A stretch of DNA of 64,000 bases from Eledone cirrhosa (lineage: Eukaryota), in assembly GCA_964016885.1 (NCBI GenBank), contig OZ024753.1, positions 20,212,001 through 20,276,000 on the forward strand. Direction: 5' to 3'. A model generated the notes under the pieces. The model searched no databases, had not been told where the DNA came from, and saw only the letters and a program-made list of their open reading frames with translations. Positions 1 through 14,592 of this stretch are shown in pieces. A program made the position numbers and the translations under genes. Each line of letters begins with the position of its first letter. Within the stretch, counting starts at the first letter, position 1.

Positions 1-3000
1 TCAAAGTACTCAGTAATATATGACATCAAAAATCAAGTCAAGTCCATAAGCTGTCCATCTTATTCAGTAATACATGACATCAAAGATCAAGTCTACTGCA
101 TAAGCTGTTCCTACTTACTCAAGTTCAGTCCATCAGCTACTCCTACTTACTCAGTAATATATGACATCAAAGATCAAGACCAGTCTATAAGCTGTTCCTA
201 CTTACTCAGTAATATATGACATCAACGATCAAGTCCTGTTCATCATCTTCATGTACACAGTAACATATAATATCAAAGCTCAAGTCCACTCCATAAGCTG
301 TTCATCTTACTCAGTAATATATCACATCAAAGTTCAAGTCCAATTCATAAGCTGTTCAATTTACTCAGTAATATATGACATCAAAGATCAAGTCCAGTGC
401 AGGAACAGCTTATGAACTGAACTTGATCTTTGATGTCATATATTACTGAGTAAGTAGGAACAGCTTATAGACTAGGCTTGATCTTTGATGTCATATATTA
501 CTGAGTAAGTAGGAACAGGTGATGGATTGGACTTGATCTTGGATGTCATATATTACTGAGTAAGATGAACAGCGTATAGAGTGGACATGACTTTTGATGT
601 CATATATTGCTGAGTAAGTAGGAACAGCTTATGAACCTTACTTGATCTTTGATGTCCTATATTACTGAGTAAGTTGAACAGCTGAAGGACTGTACTTGAT
701 CTTTGATGTCATATATTGCTGAGTAAGTAGGAACAGCTTATGGACTTGACTTGATCTTTGATGTCATATATTACTGAGTAAGAAGGAACAGCTTATGGAG
801 TGGACTTGATCTTTGAGGTCATATATTACTGGGTATGTAGGAACAGCTTATGCAGTAGACTTGAACTTTCATGTCATATATTACTGAATACATAGGACCA
901 GCTTATGATCTGGACTTGCTCTTTGATATCCTATATTTCTGAGTAAGATGAACAGCTGATGGACTGGACTTGACCTTTGATGTCATAGATTGCTGAGTAA
1001 GTAGGAAGAGCTTATGAACTGGACTTGATCTTTGATGTAATATATTACTGAGTAAGATGAACAGCTTATGGATTGGACTTGATCTTTGATGTAATATATT
1101 ACTGAATAAGATGAACATCTTATTAAGTGGACTTGATCTTTGATGTAATATATTACTGAGTAAGATGAATAGCTTACTGACTGGACTTGATCTTTGAGGC
1201 CATATATTCCTGAATAAGATGAACAGGTTATGGAGTGGACTTGATCTTTGATGTTATATAGTGCAGAGTAAGTAGGTACAGCTTATGAACTCGACTTGAT
1301 ATTTGATGATGTCATACATTACTGAGTAAAATGAACAGCGTATGGACTGGATTTGAACTTTGATGTCATATATTACTGAGTAAGATGAACAGCTTATGGA
1401 CTGGACTTGATCTTTTATGTCACATATTACTGAGTAAATAGGAACAGCATATGAACTGGACTTGATATGTGATGTCATATATTATTGAGTACGTTGAACA
1501 GCTAATGGACTGATCTTGATCTTTGAGGTCATATATTACTGATTAAGTAGGAACAGCTTATGGACTGGACTTGATCTTTGATGTCATATATTACTGAGTA
1601 AGATGAACATGTTATGGAGTGGACTTGATCTTTGATGTCATATAGTGCTGAATAAGTAGGAACAGCTCATGAACTCGACTTGATCTTTGATGTCATATAG
1701 TGCTGAGTAAGTAGGTACAGCTTATGAACTCGACTTAATATTTGATGTCATACATTACTGAGTAAGTAGGAACAGCTTATGGACTGGACGTGATCTTTGA
1801 TGTCATATATTACTGAGTAAGTAGGAACAGCTTATGGACTGAACGTGATCTTTGATGTCATATATTACTGCGTACATGAACAGCTGATGAAAAGGACTTG
1901 ATCTTTGATGTCATATATTACTGTGTAAGTAGGAACAGCATATAGACTGGGCTTCATCTTTGATGTCATATATTACTGAGTAAGTAGGAACAGCTGATTG
2001 ATTGAACCTGATCTTTGAGGTCATATGTTACTGAATAAGATGAACATCTTATTAAGTGGACTTTAGCTTTGATGTAATATATTACTGAGTAAGATGAACA
2101 GCTTATGGACTGGACTTGATATTTGAGGTCATATATTACTGAATAAGATGAACAGGTTATGGAGTGGACTTGATCTTTGATGTCATATAGTACTGAATAA
2201 GTAGGATCAGCTTATGAACTTTGCCTGATCTTTGATGTTATATAGTGCAGAGTAAGTAGGTACAGCTTATGAACTCGACTTGATATTTGATGTCATACAT
2301 TACTGAGTAAGTAGGAACAGCTTATGGACTGTACGTGATCTTTGATGTCATATATTACTGAGTAAGATAAACAGCTCATTGGGTGGACTTGATCTTTGAT
2401 GTCACATATTACTGAGTAAATAGGAACAGCTTATGAACTGGACTTGATCTTTGATGTCATATATTATTGAGTACGTTGAACAGCTTATGGACTGGACTTG
2501 ATGTTTGATGTCCTATATGACTGAGTAAGTAGGAACAGCTTATGGACTGGACTTGATCTTTGATGTCATATATTACTGAGTATGTAGGAACAGCTTATGT
2601 AGTGGACTTGATCTTTGATGTTATATATTACTGAGTAGGATGAACAGCTTATGGACTGGACTTGATCTTTGATGTCATATATTGCAGAGTATTTAGGAAC
2701 AGCTTATGCACTAGACTTGATCTTTGATGTCATATATTAATCAGTAAGTAGGAACAGCTTATGAAGTGGAATTGATCTTTGCTGAATAAGATAAACAGTT
2801 GATGGACTGGACTTGATCTTTGATGTCATATATTACTGAATATGATGAACAACTTATGAACTGGACTTGATCTTTGATGTCATATATTACTGATTAAGTA
2901 GGAACAGCTTATGAATAGACTTGATCTTTGGTGTACTATATTACTGTGTAAGATGAACAGCTGATGGACTGGACTTGATCTTTGATGTCATACATTACTT

Positions 3001-4759
3001 AGTAAGTAGGAACAGCTTATGGACTGGACCTGATCTTTGATGTCATCTATTGCTGAGTAAGTAGGAACAGCGTATGGACTGGACTTCATCTTTGATGTCA
3101 CATATTACTGAGTAAATAGGAATAGTTTATGAACTGGACTGAATCTTTAATGTCATATATTACTGAGTAAGATGAACAGCTTATGATCTGGTGTTGATCT
3201 TTGATGTCATATATTGCTGAGTAAGTTGGAATAGCTTATGAAATCCACTTGATCTTTGATGTCATATATTACTGAGTAAGATGAAGAGCTTATGAACTGG
3301 ACTTGATCTATGATGTTATATATTACTGAGTAACATGAACAGCTTATGGAGTGGACTTTATCTTTGATGTCATATATTGCTTAGTAAGATGAACAGCTTA
3401 TGGACTGGACTTGATCTTTGATGTCATATATTACTGAGTAAGTAGGAACGGCTTATGGATTGGACTTGATCTTTGATGTCATATATTACTGAGTAAGATG
3501 AAAAGCTTATGGACTGGACTTAATCTTTGATGTCATATAGTGCTGAGTAAGTAGGTACCGCTGATGGATTGGACTTGATCTTTGATGTCATATATTACTG
3601 AGTATGGTGAACAGCTTATGGACTGGACTTGATCTTTGATGTCATATATTTCTGAGTAAATAGGAACAGCTGATGGATTGGACTTGATCGTGGATGTCAT
3701 ATATTACTGAGTAAGATGAACAGCTTATGGAGTGGTCTTGATCTTTGATGTCATATATTACTGCGTACATGAACAGCTGATGAACAAGAGTTGATCTTTG
3801 ATGTCATATTTTACTGAGTAAGTAGCAACATCTTATAAACTGGGCTTGATCTTTGATGTCATATATTACTGAGTAAGTAGGAACAGCTGATGGATTGGAC
3901 TTGATCTTTGATGTCATATATTACAGAGTAAGTAGGAACAGCTTATGACTGGACTTGATCTTTGATGTACTACATTACTGAGGAAGATGAACAGCTGATG
4001 GACTGGACTTGATTTTTGATGTCATATATTGCTTTGTAAGATGAACAGCTTATGGACTGGTCTGAATCTTTGATTTATATATTACTGAGTAAGATGAACA
4101 GCTGATTGACTGACCTTGATCTTTGATGTCATATACTGCTTAGTAAGTAGAAACAGCTTATGGACTGGACTTGATATTTGATGTCATATATTACTGAGTA
4201 AGTAGGACAGCTTATGACTGGACTTTATCTTTGATGTACTATATTACTGAGTAAGATGAACAGCTGATGGACTGGACTTGATTTTTGATGTCATATATTG
4301 CTGTGTAAGATGAATAGTTTATGGACAGGGCTGAATCTTTAATGTCATATATTACTGAGTAAGATGAACAGCTTATGATCTGCTGTTGATCTTTGATGTC
4401 ATATATTGCTGAGTAAGTAGGAATAGCTTATGAACTCCACTTGATCTTTGATGTCATATATTACTGAGTAAGATGAAGAGCTTATGAACTGGACTTGATC
4501 TTTGATGTTATATATTACTGAGTAACATGAACAGCTTATGGAGTGAACTTGATCTTTGATATCTTACATTGCTGAGTAAGATGGACAGCTTATGGAGTGG
4601 ACTTGATCTTTGATGTCATATATTGCTTAGTAAGATGAACAGCTTATGGACTGGACTTGATCTTTGATGTCATATATTACTCAGTTAGATGAACAGCTTA
4701 TGAATTGGACTTGATCATTGATGTTATATATTACTGAGTAACATGAACAGCTTATGGAC
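1..4759. repeat. Tandem satellite, 54/55-bp unit (gacttgatctttgatgtcatatattactgagtaag[at|tag]gaacagcttatggactg), about 85 copies, orientation flips near 400
   Basis: Unit spacing read directly (3411 to 3466 to 3520); 1-398 is the reverse complement of 401-4759. Confidence 0.95.
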
Positions 4760-4863
4760 ATATATCTCATGTTATTGCGCAGTCTGCAACTGGCGTAGTT
4801 TAGCGTCACCAGAAGATGAACAGCGTTAGATATACGACACATGTCATAACTCATGTATTTAAT

Positions 4864-6268
4864 ACTAGTAGAGGTACCCGGCGTTGCTCGAGTATTAAAT
4901 AGCAGTTAGTATACCATTTATGTCAATACTGCAGTGCTGCTTCGACAACTATTCTTTTACAAAATCATCGGCTTTTTCCAAAAGGGTGTTTCCTGCCCCC
5001 AGGTGTCCCCTACTCAATATGTTCCAATTCTGAGAGTTCACAATCATCTGTAGAACAAACGTAGCCCATGTGTCAGGTTTTGTGAAAATAGGTTGCGAAC
5101 TCCAGAAGTTATTACGATTATTTTGTTTTGCACTGCAGTGCTTCAGTCGACTCAAGGAAGTGGTTAAAGGGGATTATCTTCCGGGAGGCCCTATAATCAA
5201 TATCTGGAAAAATGAAAGTGCCCATGACCATCCGGAGTATATAAGTAACCTATGTCTTAAGTTTGCTGAAAATACTGTAGAAATGTATAAGGTTTACACA
5301 TACGTGTGTGTGTGTGTATTTGTGTGTGCGTATGTATATATATGTGTATGTTCGTCGGCGTATACGTATGTACTGACCTAAATCTTCACTATTTACTTTT
5401 ACTATGTTAAGGCAAAGTTAAAATCCCGTCGAGGTTAACTTTGCCTTTCATCCTTACGAGGTCGATAAAATAAAGTACCAGTAATGTAATGGGTAATTGC
5501 TGGCCTTGTGCCAAACGTAGAAACAACTATTTTAATAACCTGTCATTTTCGTTTACAATTTTATTTACATCATTCTTAAACTCCGGAATTACGTGTGTGT
5601 GTATGTATTTGTGTGTTCGTATGTATATGTATGTGTATGTTCGTCGGCGTATACGTATCTACTGGCCTAAATCTTCACTATTTATTTTTACTATGTTAAG
5701 TCAAAGTTAAAATCCCGTTGAGGTTAACTTTGCCTTTCATCCTTACCAGGTCGATAAAATAAAGTACCAGTAATGTACTGGTTTATTGTTGGCCTTGTGC
5801 CAAAAGTAGAAACAACTATTTTAATAACCTATCATTTTCGTTTACAATTTTATTTACGTCATTCTTAAATTCCGGTGCTGGAAATCATTCGGTTATTTTA
5901 AATAGAATATTAGTCTAACGACTCCATTTACACCCTAAACTTGGTCTTGTCTTTGCATGAAATTGTTCTTCTCGGTTCACCGCGTCGTTTATACGTAACA
6001 TAAATAGATAAGCAAATGACGCCATGAAAGGGAAATAACTCGTCTCTCATCTCTATTTATACATTTAAACTGAAAAATCAATACATTACAAATTCGATTT
6101 TTGCACTTGCTGTGGGTCGATTTGAAATTTCTTTTTACCGATATCTCCCTCGGATCTTGATCTATGAGTGTAGCAATTTCACCGAAATTTGAACGTACGG
6201 TTTAGGAGGAGATGTGTGCCGAAGGTTTTAGTAGACAGACAGACAACCTCAATTTTATATATATAGAC
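4864..6268 (+). mobile_element. Helentron/HINE-like non-autonomous element remnant(s)
   Basis: Starts actag...acccggcgttgctcg; ends (acag)n...ttttatatatatagact; a further actag-hairpin start follows at 6268. Confidence 0.45.
5302..5875 (+). repeat. About 290-bp tandem duplication carrying a Nin/Deu-domain-like SINE core
   Basis: Two copies of ...gaggttaactttgcctttcatcctta..ggtcgataaaataaagtaccagt... near 5430 and 5720. Confidence 0.75.
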
Positions 6269-6812
6269 TAGCAGAAAACCACCCGGTGGGCGGTTTTCTG
6301 CTAGCAAATCTAGTGTATATACTGATATTGTTGAGATTTGGATGAGAAATGTTTTCGGCACCACATGTTCACCGTCTCTCGGTGTGTCTTTTATGCATGT
6401 ATAAATATATATGTTATCTATACGGTGAAATCTTTGAAATAAATATATGTTAAAACGAAAAAGGAGAAAAAGAGATTAGTGACGGAAATATAAACGTTAT
6501 GATACATAAACGTTATGATATAACGGTGGAAATATATCTTCAAATGGTCCTTGGCATGGTGTCAAGTCAGAACCGCCTCGAACTGGTTACTTCTGGCTTG
6601 TGCAAGGTGTCTCTATAACAATCAGCGATTCCCTCGGCCTCAGTGACCAAAGTCAGTGGAGAGGGGAATGTAATGTTTCTATAGCGACAGTGTTTCTCTT
6701 GGTAGTACCAAAGTGGAGAAAGGAAGGGGAAGGTAATATTTCTGTAGCACCTACATTTGAGTTTTAGGGAAGGACAGACAGACAGACAAACAGAGAAATA
6801 CCCATATATTTC

Positions 6813-6853
<41 letters not shown>

Positions 6854-6877
6854 CACACACAGAAATGTATATATATT

Positions 6878-6942
<65 letters not shown>

Positions 6943-7151
6943 CACACACAGAAATGTATATATATTTCTGTGTGTATATATATTTCTGTGTGTGTATATA
7001 TATATTACACACACAGAAATGTATATATATTTCTTAGAACAAAATGATTATTAATGTTTTGCTGTTCATAACAATTGGAATTGAAAAATTACTTTTGAAA
7101 TTATTAGTTATTTTACTAATGCTTAGATATGTAAAAATGAAGCAATGTTTC

Positions 7152-7345
7152 TAATAATTGTTTCTACTTTTGGTACAAGGCCAGCAATTATCCAGTACAT
7201 TACTGGTACTTTATTTTATCGACCCCGTGAGGATGAAAGGCAAAGTTAACCTCGGCGGTATTTGGACTCAGACCGTAAAGGGACGTAACTCCATGCTATG
7301 AAGCATGGTGTCCGACTCTCTACAGATTCTGCCAATCCACGCCCT
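7152..7345 (-). mobile_element. SINE with Nin/Deu-like core
   Basis: Reverse complement of the same core (tactggtactttattttatcgacccc..ggatgaaaggcaaagttaacctcg) plus head region. Confidence 0.7.
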
Positions 7346-7709
7346 AATGTCAGGTACGTAATGAGGGAGTGAGAGGGGAGAGAAAGAAAGGCAGAGGTGA
7401 AGTGACGAAGTGACTCACTCCTCCTCCTCCTCCTCCTCCATCTCCCCATTCGTCACAGCGATAGAGGCGAGGAATGTTAGTGTGTTACAAAGAGAAAGAG
7501 TGAGAGTGAGAGAAACAGGCAGACTAAAAGAGAGGGATAGCTGGAGAGAGAGAGAGAGATAGCAACCACGCGCGCACGTGTTTCCACTGTCAGACAGACA
7601 GACAGAGAAATTGCTGGTTATATATTATAAGGAGATATCATTTATATCGACCAAACTTACATTTTAGAATTTAAAGCCCGAGGTTTATATAATACCTTGC
7701 ATTGATTTT

Positions 7710-8025
7710 ATTTACGTGTGAGTGTGTGTATGTGTGTGTGTCTGTGTCTGTGTGTGTGCCCCGTGTGTGTGTGTGTCTGTGTGTGTGTCTGTGTGAGTCC
7801 TGTGTGTGTGTGTCCTGTGTGTGTGTGCCCTGTGTGTGTGTGAGTGTGTGGATGGGGGGGTATGTGTGTGTGTGTGTAGTATGTGTGTCTGTGTGTGTCT
7901 CTGTGTGTGTGTGTGCGTGTCTGTGTGTATGTGTATGTGTGTCTGTGTGTGCGTGTCTATGTGTCCGTGTGTGTGTGTGTGTCCGTGTGTGTATATGTGT
8001 GTGTCCGTATGTGTGTCTGTGTTTA
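7710..8025. repeat. Compound (GT)n microsatellite
   Basis: Direct reading. Confidence 0.9.
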
Positions 8026-9329
8026 GATACATGTATTAGTTTATATTTTTTTATATCTTGTTACATATGTGGGTTCCTGCATACATGGTCCTCATCAGTA
8101 AACTGAAATAATTGTTATTTCTGATGTCCCTCTATCAAATATATACACCATAACAATAGGTGGTCTCAATGAACGGTTTTCAGAAACACTGAAAATACTT
8201 TTTTTTTTTCATTGAATCTGGGAGAAACGTTTCTCCTAATATATATATTTATCCTAAGGGAAAATATGTCCTTCATTTTAACGACAAGCAAAGAGAAAGT
8301 AGTTTGCAGAGACAAATATAGGACTACATTCCTCAACAAAAATAACCACGAAATAATCAATGGAAATATAAATAAGAAAACTGCCAACAATAACAAAAAG
8401 ATCACTGAGATTAAAAACAGGGGAAAAGACAGCAAAAAAGTATTTATAACCAAGGATGTTAAAAATACAATCAATGACTTTAAATGATATCTAAATAACC
8501 CCAAAAGTATTATCATCGGAATAAGATATACGGCAGCAGCAAATACAGAAGCTTTTCTGCAATAAGACTCAAGGAAATTCAAATCCCAAACTAGATGGAG
8601 AATTTTAATGATGCCAAATCTAAATTTTATTGTCATCTTGTCATTTAAGGAATGCAATATCATGTTGTCATGTGAGGAACCAAACGCAATAAGGAAACAT
8701 ATGCACATAGAATTACTTCCAAAATGGTGAAATATGAAGCATACGTTTATGTAGGATATAAAACAAAAAAAGTCGCATCACAAATGAAAGCAAAATTGGG
8801 ATATGACAGGCGAAATACATTATTGGCACAAACTTTATTCAATATTCCACCAAACAAGTGATTCTACTATTCCATTGAGGGCCAATGCGTAATGCAGCCT
8901 AGCAGCATGTTTTTTTTTCATTTTTTGTTTAATTCATGATTCAGCCATTTTTAAAAAGTGATCCACAAGATCTGATCTCGGTCGCTTGCCTAGAGGGGTG
9001 AAACACGTCAAATCTGACCAAGAAAGCATTGTTTCATTGGTATTTCCATGATTGCGAATTCCATTCTCTACACCACGTAACTTCCCATATAAAACTCCCG
9101 AAACCATTAGCTATATAAATTAGCATGAATCAGGACTATTTTTATTCATATGTAACTATTGTAACAATTTATGTCCATTTTTGTAAGAAGCTGACCTCGC
9201 CAAGAAAAAAAATTCTATCCATACTATAAAAGGAATACGTCACGCGCTCTCGGTATCTAAACGACATTCACGTGTGAGATATTTATATGACATTCTTTTC
9301 AATTAAAACAGATCACAAGCATTTCTTCG

Positions 9330-9570
9330 GCTGTGGAACTGTTGCAATTTACTTGGAACGTCTGTATATTCGGCATGTGGTTAGAATTTCTCAGGAAAGT
9401 ATCGCCAGGGGTAGACTCATCCCGAACAAGATGGTTGGATAACATCCATGAAATGGCTGGTCACGCTTGGGGATCCAGCCGGATCAGTTGGAGAGAGTTG
9501 CTTCTGAAAGGACCCGATGGAAGGAGTTTTTGAAGTCTCTGCCACCCACGAACCTCTCAGGAATAAGAGG
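9330..9570 (+). mobile_element. Possible 3' fragment of an RTE-type LINE
   Basis: Degenerate RGR..TRWLDNI translation resembling the RTE ORF C-terminus. Confidence 0.35.
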
Positions 9571-9891
9571 GTGAATAGGAAGTACATCAGTATTTTCATT
9601 ATCAATGTTCGCTCGAGACATTTTCGAACGTTTCTTCTAGTTCCTCCTGTCTTTAACCTCTATTTTCATCTTTGTAATGTGTTAAAATATCATTTAGAAA
9701 TTCCTATAATTATTACATTGAACATTTCTAAAACATTCTATGAGGATTTATGAAAATGTGTATTTAAACCGTGCTTCGAAACAAGGAACAATAACTTTCT
9801 GGTCTTCCTATTTAGGGTCTATAATGTGCTTAGATTATTTGCTTATGTTCTTATATCCCCATTTGGCACTGAGTAGAAGAATGGTTTCATG

Positions 9892-9928
<37 letters not shown>

Positions 9929-9933
<5 letters not shown>

Positions 9934-11300
9934 ATGCTTTGGTAGGGTCATGTTGCCAATAACACACGCACCAGTTGCTTTCACTCCAATTTATTATAAA
10001 TAAAATTTATAAATTTAAGAATTTATAAATTTCCAGTTAGTTGGTTGGTTCCGCAACCGGACGGTTGTTCATATATTGTCAAAGTTCTTTCGTCACACAT
10101 TATGTGACCTCTTCAGTGACTGGGGATTCTTTTCTTTGTTTTTGCTCTCCTTTGTTCTGTCCTACGCCATCTTGTTTTTGTGTGTGTTGTGTGCTTAGTT
10201 TGCGCATATGTTACATCCGGGTGTCTGTGTGTGTTTATATTTGTTTATTTATTTGTTTATTTACATGTTACTGGTCGGTTGTTTGTTCTATGTGTGTGTG
10301 TGTTTTCATTTTGTCCTTAATTGTAAGTTGTGATGTTGCTATTCCATTCATGTTTTCTATTTAATTTTGGTTGGAGTTCATTTATGTTTATTGCCTCTGT
10401 AATTTGTCTAAACATTGGGTCTTTTCTGTGTGTAGATTTTTATTTCTATGTTCTCTAATTTGCCCTTATGTTCTATTTTAGCATGTTGGTGGAGTACAGA
10501 TGATTCTTTTCTATCTTGAAGCTCTCGCCAGTGGTCATTTATCCGTTCTCCTATACTACGAGCTGTCTCACCTATGTACACTATATTCTTATCCCTACAT
10601 TGTCCTTCAGTATATCTTATCCTATATACTACATTTCTAGTTTTACAGTTAATATGGGGGCTTAGTTTACAGATTACACATTTCTTATCTATACAGGGAG
10701 GTTTTTGAAAAGGGTATGTATTGATAATAAGTGTTTTTATGGGGGTACTCAGCCTTTCTACTATCTTAATATTGAGTTTATGTTTATCTAGGGCCCTTCT
10801 AAATGTGTAAGCTAATTCACCTCTGTGGGTTGTATTAATGAACATTACACTCTGATATTTATTGCTATCATACCATGAGTTTATTCTATTAACCTTATTT
10901 CTAGTTCTTTCTATTCTATTCCAAAATGTCCCATTTGTATCATTATTTACCATTTTTTCCCATTTGGTTCTGGCTCCTCTGTATACTCTGATTTTATCTC
11001 TCTGATTGTAACCAGAGAACTGTATACGGTGGATGAAGTGTTGTATGTGTCTCTCTAGTTCTTTGGGGTTGCACATGCGCGACACGTTTCTCATCACCCG
11101 TACCAAATCCGCAATCAGTATGTTGATTTTCGTATGGTCCGAAACAGCGTTTCGGTGGATCAGATATTTGGAAGTCATGAGTTTGGCATAATGGGAATGG
11201 AGGATTTGTTTTTTGTTATTAATGGTTTCTAACCAGAGCTCTGTGTCTAGTACAGGTAATCGATGGTTGGGGTGTTTGCTTGGGTAGTCTATAGTAACAC
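9929..11300 (-). mobile_element. 5'-truncated Penelope-like element (Naiad-like family A): RT thumb/linker, GIY-YIG and pseudo-LTR
   Basis: ORF 10408-11178 has C..C...C..C knuckle and NVVY...YIGETARSIGERINDH; closely similar to 48670-50075; flanked by (TA)n. Confidence 0.9.
10078..10121 (-). ncRNA. Type I hammerhead ribozyme in PLE pLTR
   Basis: agtca-CUGAAGA-g-gucaca/ugugac-GAAAG-aa-CUU-ugac. Confidence 0.75.
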
Positions 11301-12156
11301 TCTATATATATATATATATATATAAAGGAAGCGGTAGATAAAAATGTTCCTATTATGACAGGAATAGTTATTTATTAACATAAGGTTAAAGCCATGAAAC
11401 AGTCACTCATGACATTAGATCAAAGTGTACATAAAAATCTTGACTCTCCCTATCACCTTCTGAAGCTAAATGCACAACAGCATTCTACATAAGTCATCTT
11501 TCTATTATATCGTTTGTTACATGACTTTCACCGCTGATTGAGTTTGTGAAACTATTGGAAACATGCCTATCCCAACATGGAATGGTTATTGGCAATTCTT
11601 ATAGAAATATTGACTCATGACATTTAAGGTTGTCATGTTAACCGACAGATATCGCTTGTGATATATAAAGCGTATTTTAGATAGAAAATATTGTTACTCT
11701 GTTAAATAAACCCCTTCTCAATTTCGTTCCCAAGCTTGGCTGGTATTTAAGATATTTATATATAAACCATAGTTATTTTTCCTTTGTTCATATCTTACCA
11801 TTTTCGGAATGAAATATTTTCTATTAGCTCCTAGAAATATGTAACTTCTTGAAGCTTATATGATAAATCTATATATATTGTTTATAATAGGAAACAATGT
11901 AATCTATTTTATTTCCTACCTTAAACTACCTGGCATTTAATAACATAACTGCAAACTACCCTGTATAACTCCGCCGTCAATGAGGCATCTAAAGCAGAAT
12001 TTATATATATAAATTCTGTTATATATATATATAAATTCTGTTATATATATATATATATAAATTCTGTTATATATATATATATATATATATATAACAGAAT
12101 TTATATATATATATATATATATATTCACACACGCACACACATATATATATATATAT

Positions 12157-12208
<52 letters not shown>

Positions 12209-12674
12209 GTATATATATGTGTGTGTGTGTATAGCAAGTTTTATTTTGAACATATTCTATCATAATTCAATATTACAATACACTGTATTCTTATGGTCTC
12301 AGAGATATGGCTCATAAATTGAATTCAAAATTTTCATTTGGCTTCATCAACATACGTTTCAAAAATAATGTACATACCCATGAGAAGCGGCCTGAGAGAT
12401 TCACACTATATTATATATAGATATGTATGTACATACATATACACACATATGTATATACCCACACGACTCGTTGACAATGTATATATAATCTAGGCGTTCC
12501 AACGTAAACGACTTTAGCGATAGTTAATCACAATAAATAATGGTTGCGAAAGTCAGGTAAATTAACCCTGAAAGCAGAAAACTGGTTTCGTTATCCGAGA
12601 TTTTCAATGTTTCTAGCTTTACCAACATGTCCATATATATATATATATATATATTCTTGGTCTAGCTTCGTAAA

Positions 12675-12741
<67 letters not shown>

Positions 12742-12748
<7 letters not shown>

Positions 12749-12762
12749 ACTAGTAATTGATT

Positions 12763-12805
<43 letters not shown>

Positions 12806-12893
12806 AACATATGAAACAATCACAGGGAATAATATGTAAAGTGCGCAAGCTTACACACTTTACAAATTATTCCCTGTGATTATTTCATATGTT

Positions 12894-12955
<62 letters not shown>

Positions 12956-13071
12956 ATCAATCAATTACTAGTTGATATAAAATGCTCAGATCTATTCATT
13001 GGAATCTTTGAGCATATTAAACTTTGGATATGGCGCATGTCTCTCGGACATGAGACCTTAATTTAATTTTG

Positions 13072-13075
<4 letters not shown>
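12742..13075. repeat. Foldback element in (TA)n with unpaired right tail
   Basis: Arms tatcaactagtaattgattga / tcaatcaattactagttgata and the 12800-12900 hairpin; tail about 12980-13075. Confidence 0.7.
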
Positions 13076-13112
<37 letters not shown>

Positions 13113-13139
13113 ATGGGTAAATATATGGGGTATGGTCAC

Positions 13140-13456
13140 GAATGACCATATGATTTGCACCAAGAATGTTCCCTTTAGGGGTACATGTCCAGGCAAAGTA
13201 GTTTGTGGAAGACCCACCAGTCGGCTATGTGTGCCGGACTCTCCTTTGCACACCACCGATGTTGTCCAAGAAAAGGCAATAACCGATACCACTTGGCACC
13301 AGTGACCTCGCAACTCATTTCTACAGCTGAAGCAACGTGAATTGAAATATATCGCTCAAGATCACAACGCAAAGCCCGGTCCGAGATTGAACTCACAACC
13401 TCACAAGTGTAAGTCCGATGTGCTAATGGTCTAACGACTAAGCCATGCGCCTTCAC
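13140..13456 (-). mobile_element. tRNA-derived SINE
   Basis: Minus strand begins gtgaaggcgcatggcttagtcg (A-box-like) and has gagttcaatctc (B-box-like). Confidence 0.65.
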
Positions 13457-13462
13457 ACACAG

Positions 13463-14164
<702 letters not shown>

Positions 14165-14282
14165 TTCATTAATTAAGCAAAACAAGACCACAAATTTCAC
14201 AAGGAAGACATTATTAAAATATTGTCAACATAGTTTTAGTTTAATGTAAGTAATGTAAAGAATAATAATGATAATATTAATA

Positions 14283-14470
14283 ATTGTTTCTACTTTGGGC
14301 ACAAGGCCAGCAAATTACCAAGTGTATTACTGGTACTTTATTATGTCGACCCCATAAGGATGAAAGGCAAAGTTAACCTCAGCGGGATTTGAAGTCAGAA
14401 TGGCAAGGGCTGTAACTCTATGCGTCAAAGCATGGCGTCCGACCCTCTACCGATACTGCCAACCCACCTG
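14283..14470 (-). mobile_element. SINE with Nin/Deu-like core
   Basis: Same core as 7152-7345. Confidence 0.7.
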
Positions 14471-14473
14471 TCC

Positions 14474-14592
14474 GTTTACAATTGTTTCGCTACTCCATAT
14501 AATGTTTCTGGATTAAATGATTATAGACCATTATTGATCTGGTTCAGTTGAAGATAATTAACTCAGGTAAAATTGGAGCAGCTCATCGGAAC
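14474..14592 (-). ncRNA. Hammerhead with long stem II; core mutated (CCGAUGA)
   Basis: guu-CCGAUGA-gcugcucca...uggaguagc-GAAAC-aauu-GUA-aac. Confidence 0.6.

Noticed and set aside
1-4759. Satellite as CRISPR array, coding repeat or ribozyme array
   Set aside because: No unique spacers, frequent stops, and ctgatgg/ctgagta are not followed by GAAA with pairable stems
8166-8708. 180-aa hydrophobic ORF
   Set aside because: Antisense reading of A-rich sequence; no recognisable motif
11843-11905. HHR-like motif ending GAAAC-aat-GTA
   Set aside because: CUGANGA box is broken and stem I does not pair convincingly
13380-13456. tRNA gene
   Set aside because: A/B-box-like motifs only, no full cloverleaf; it is a SINE head
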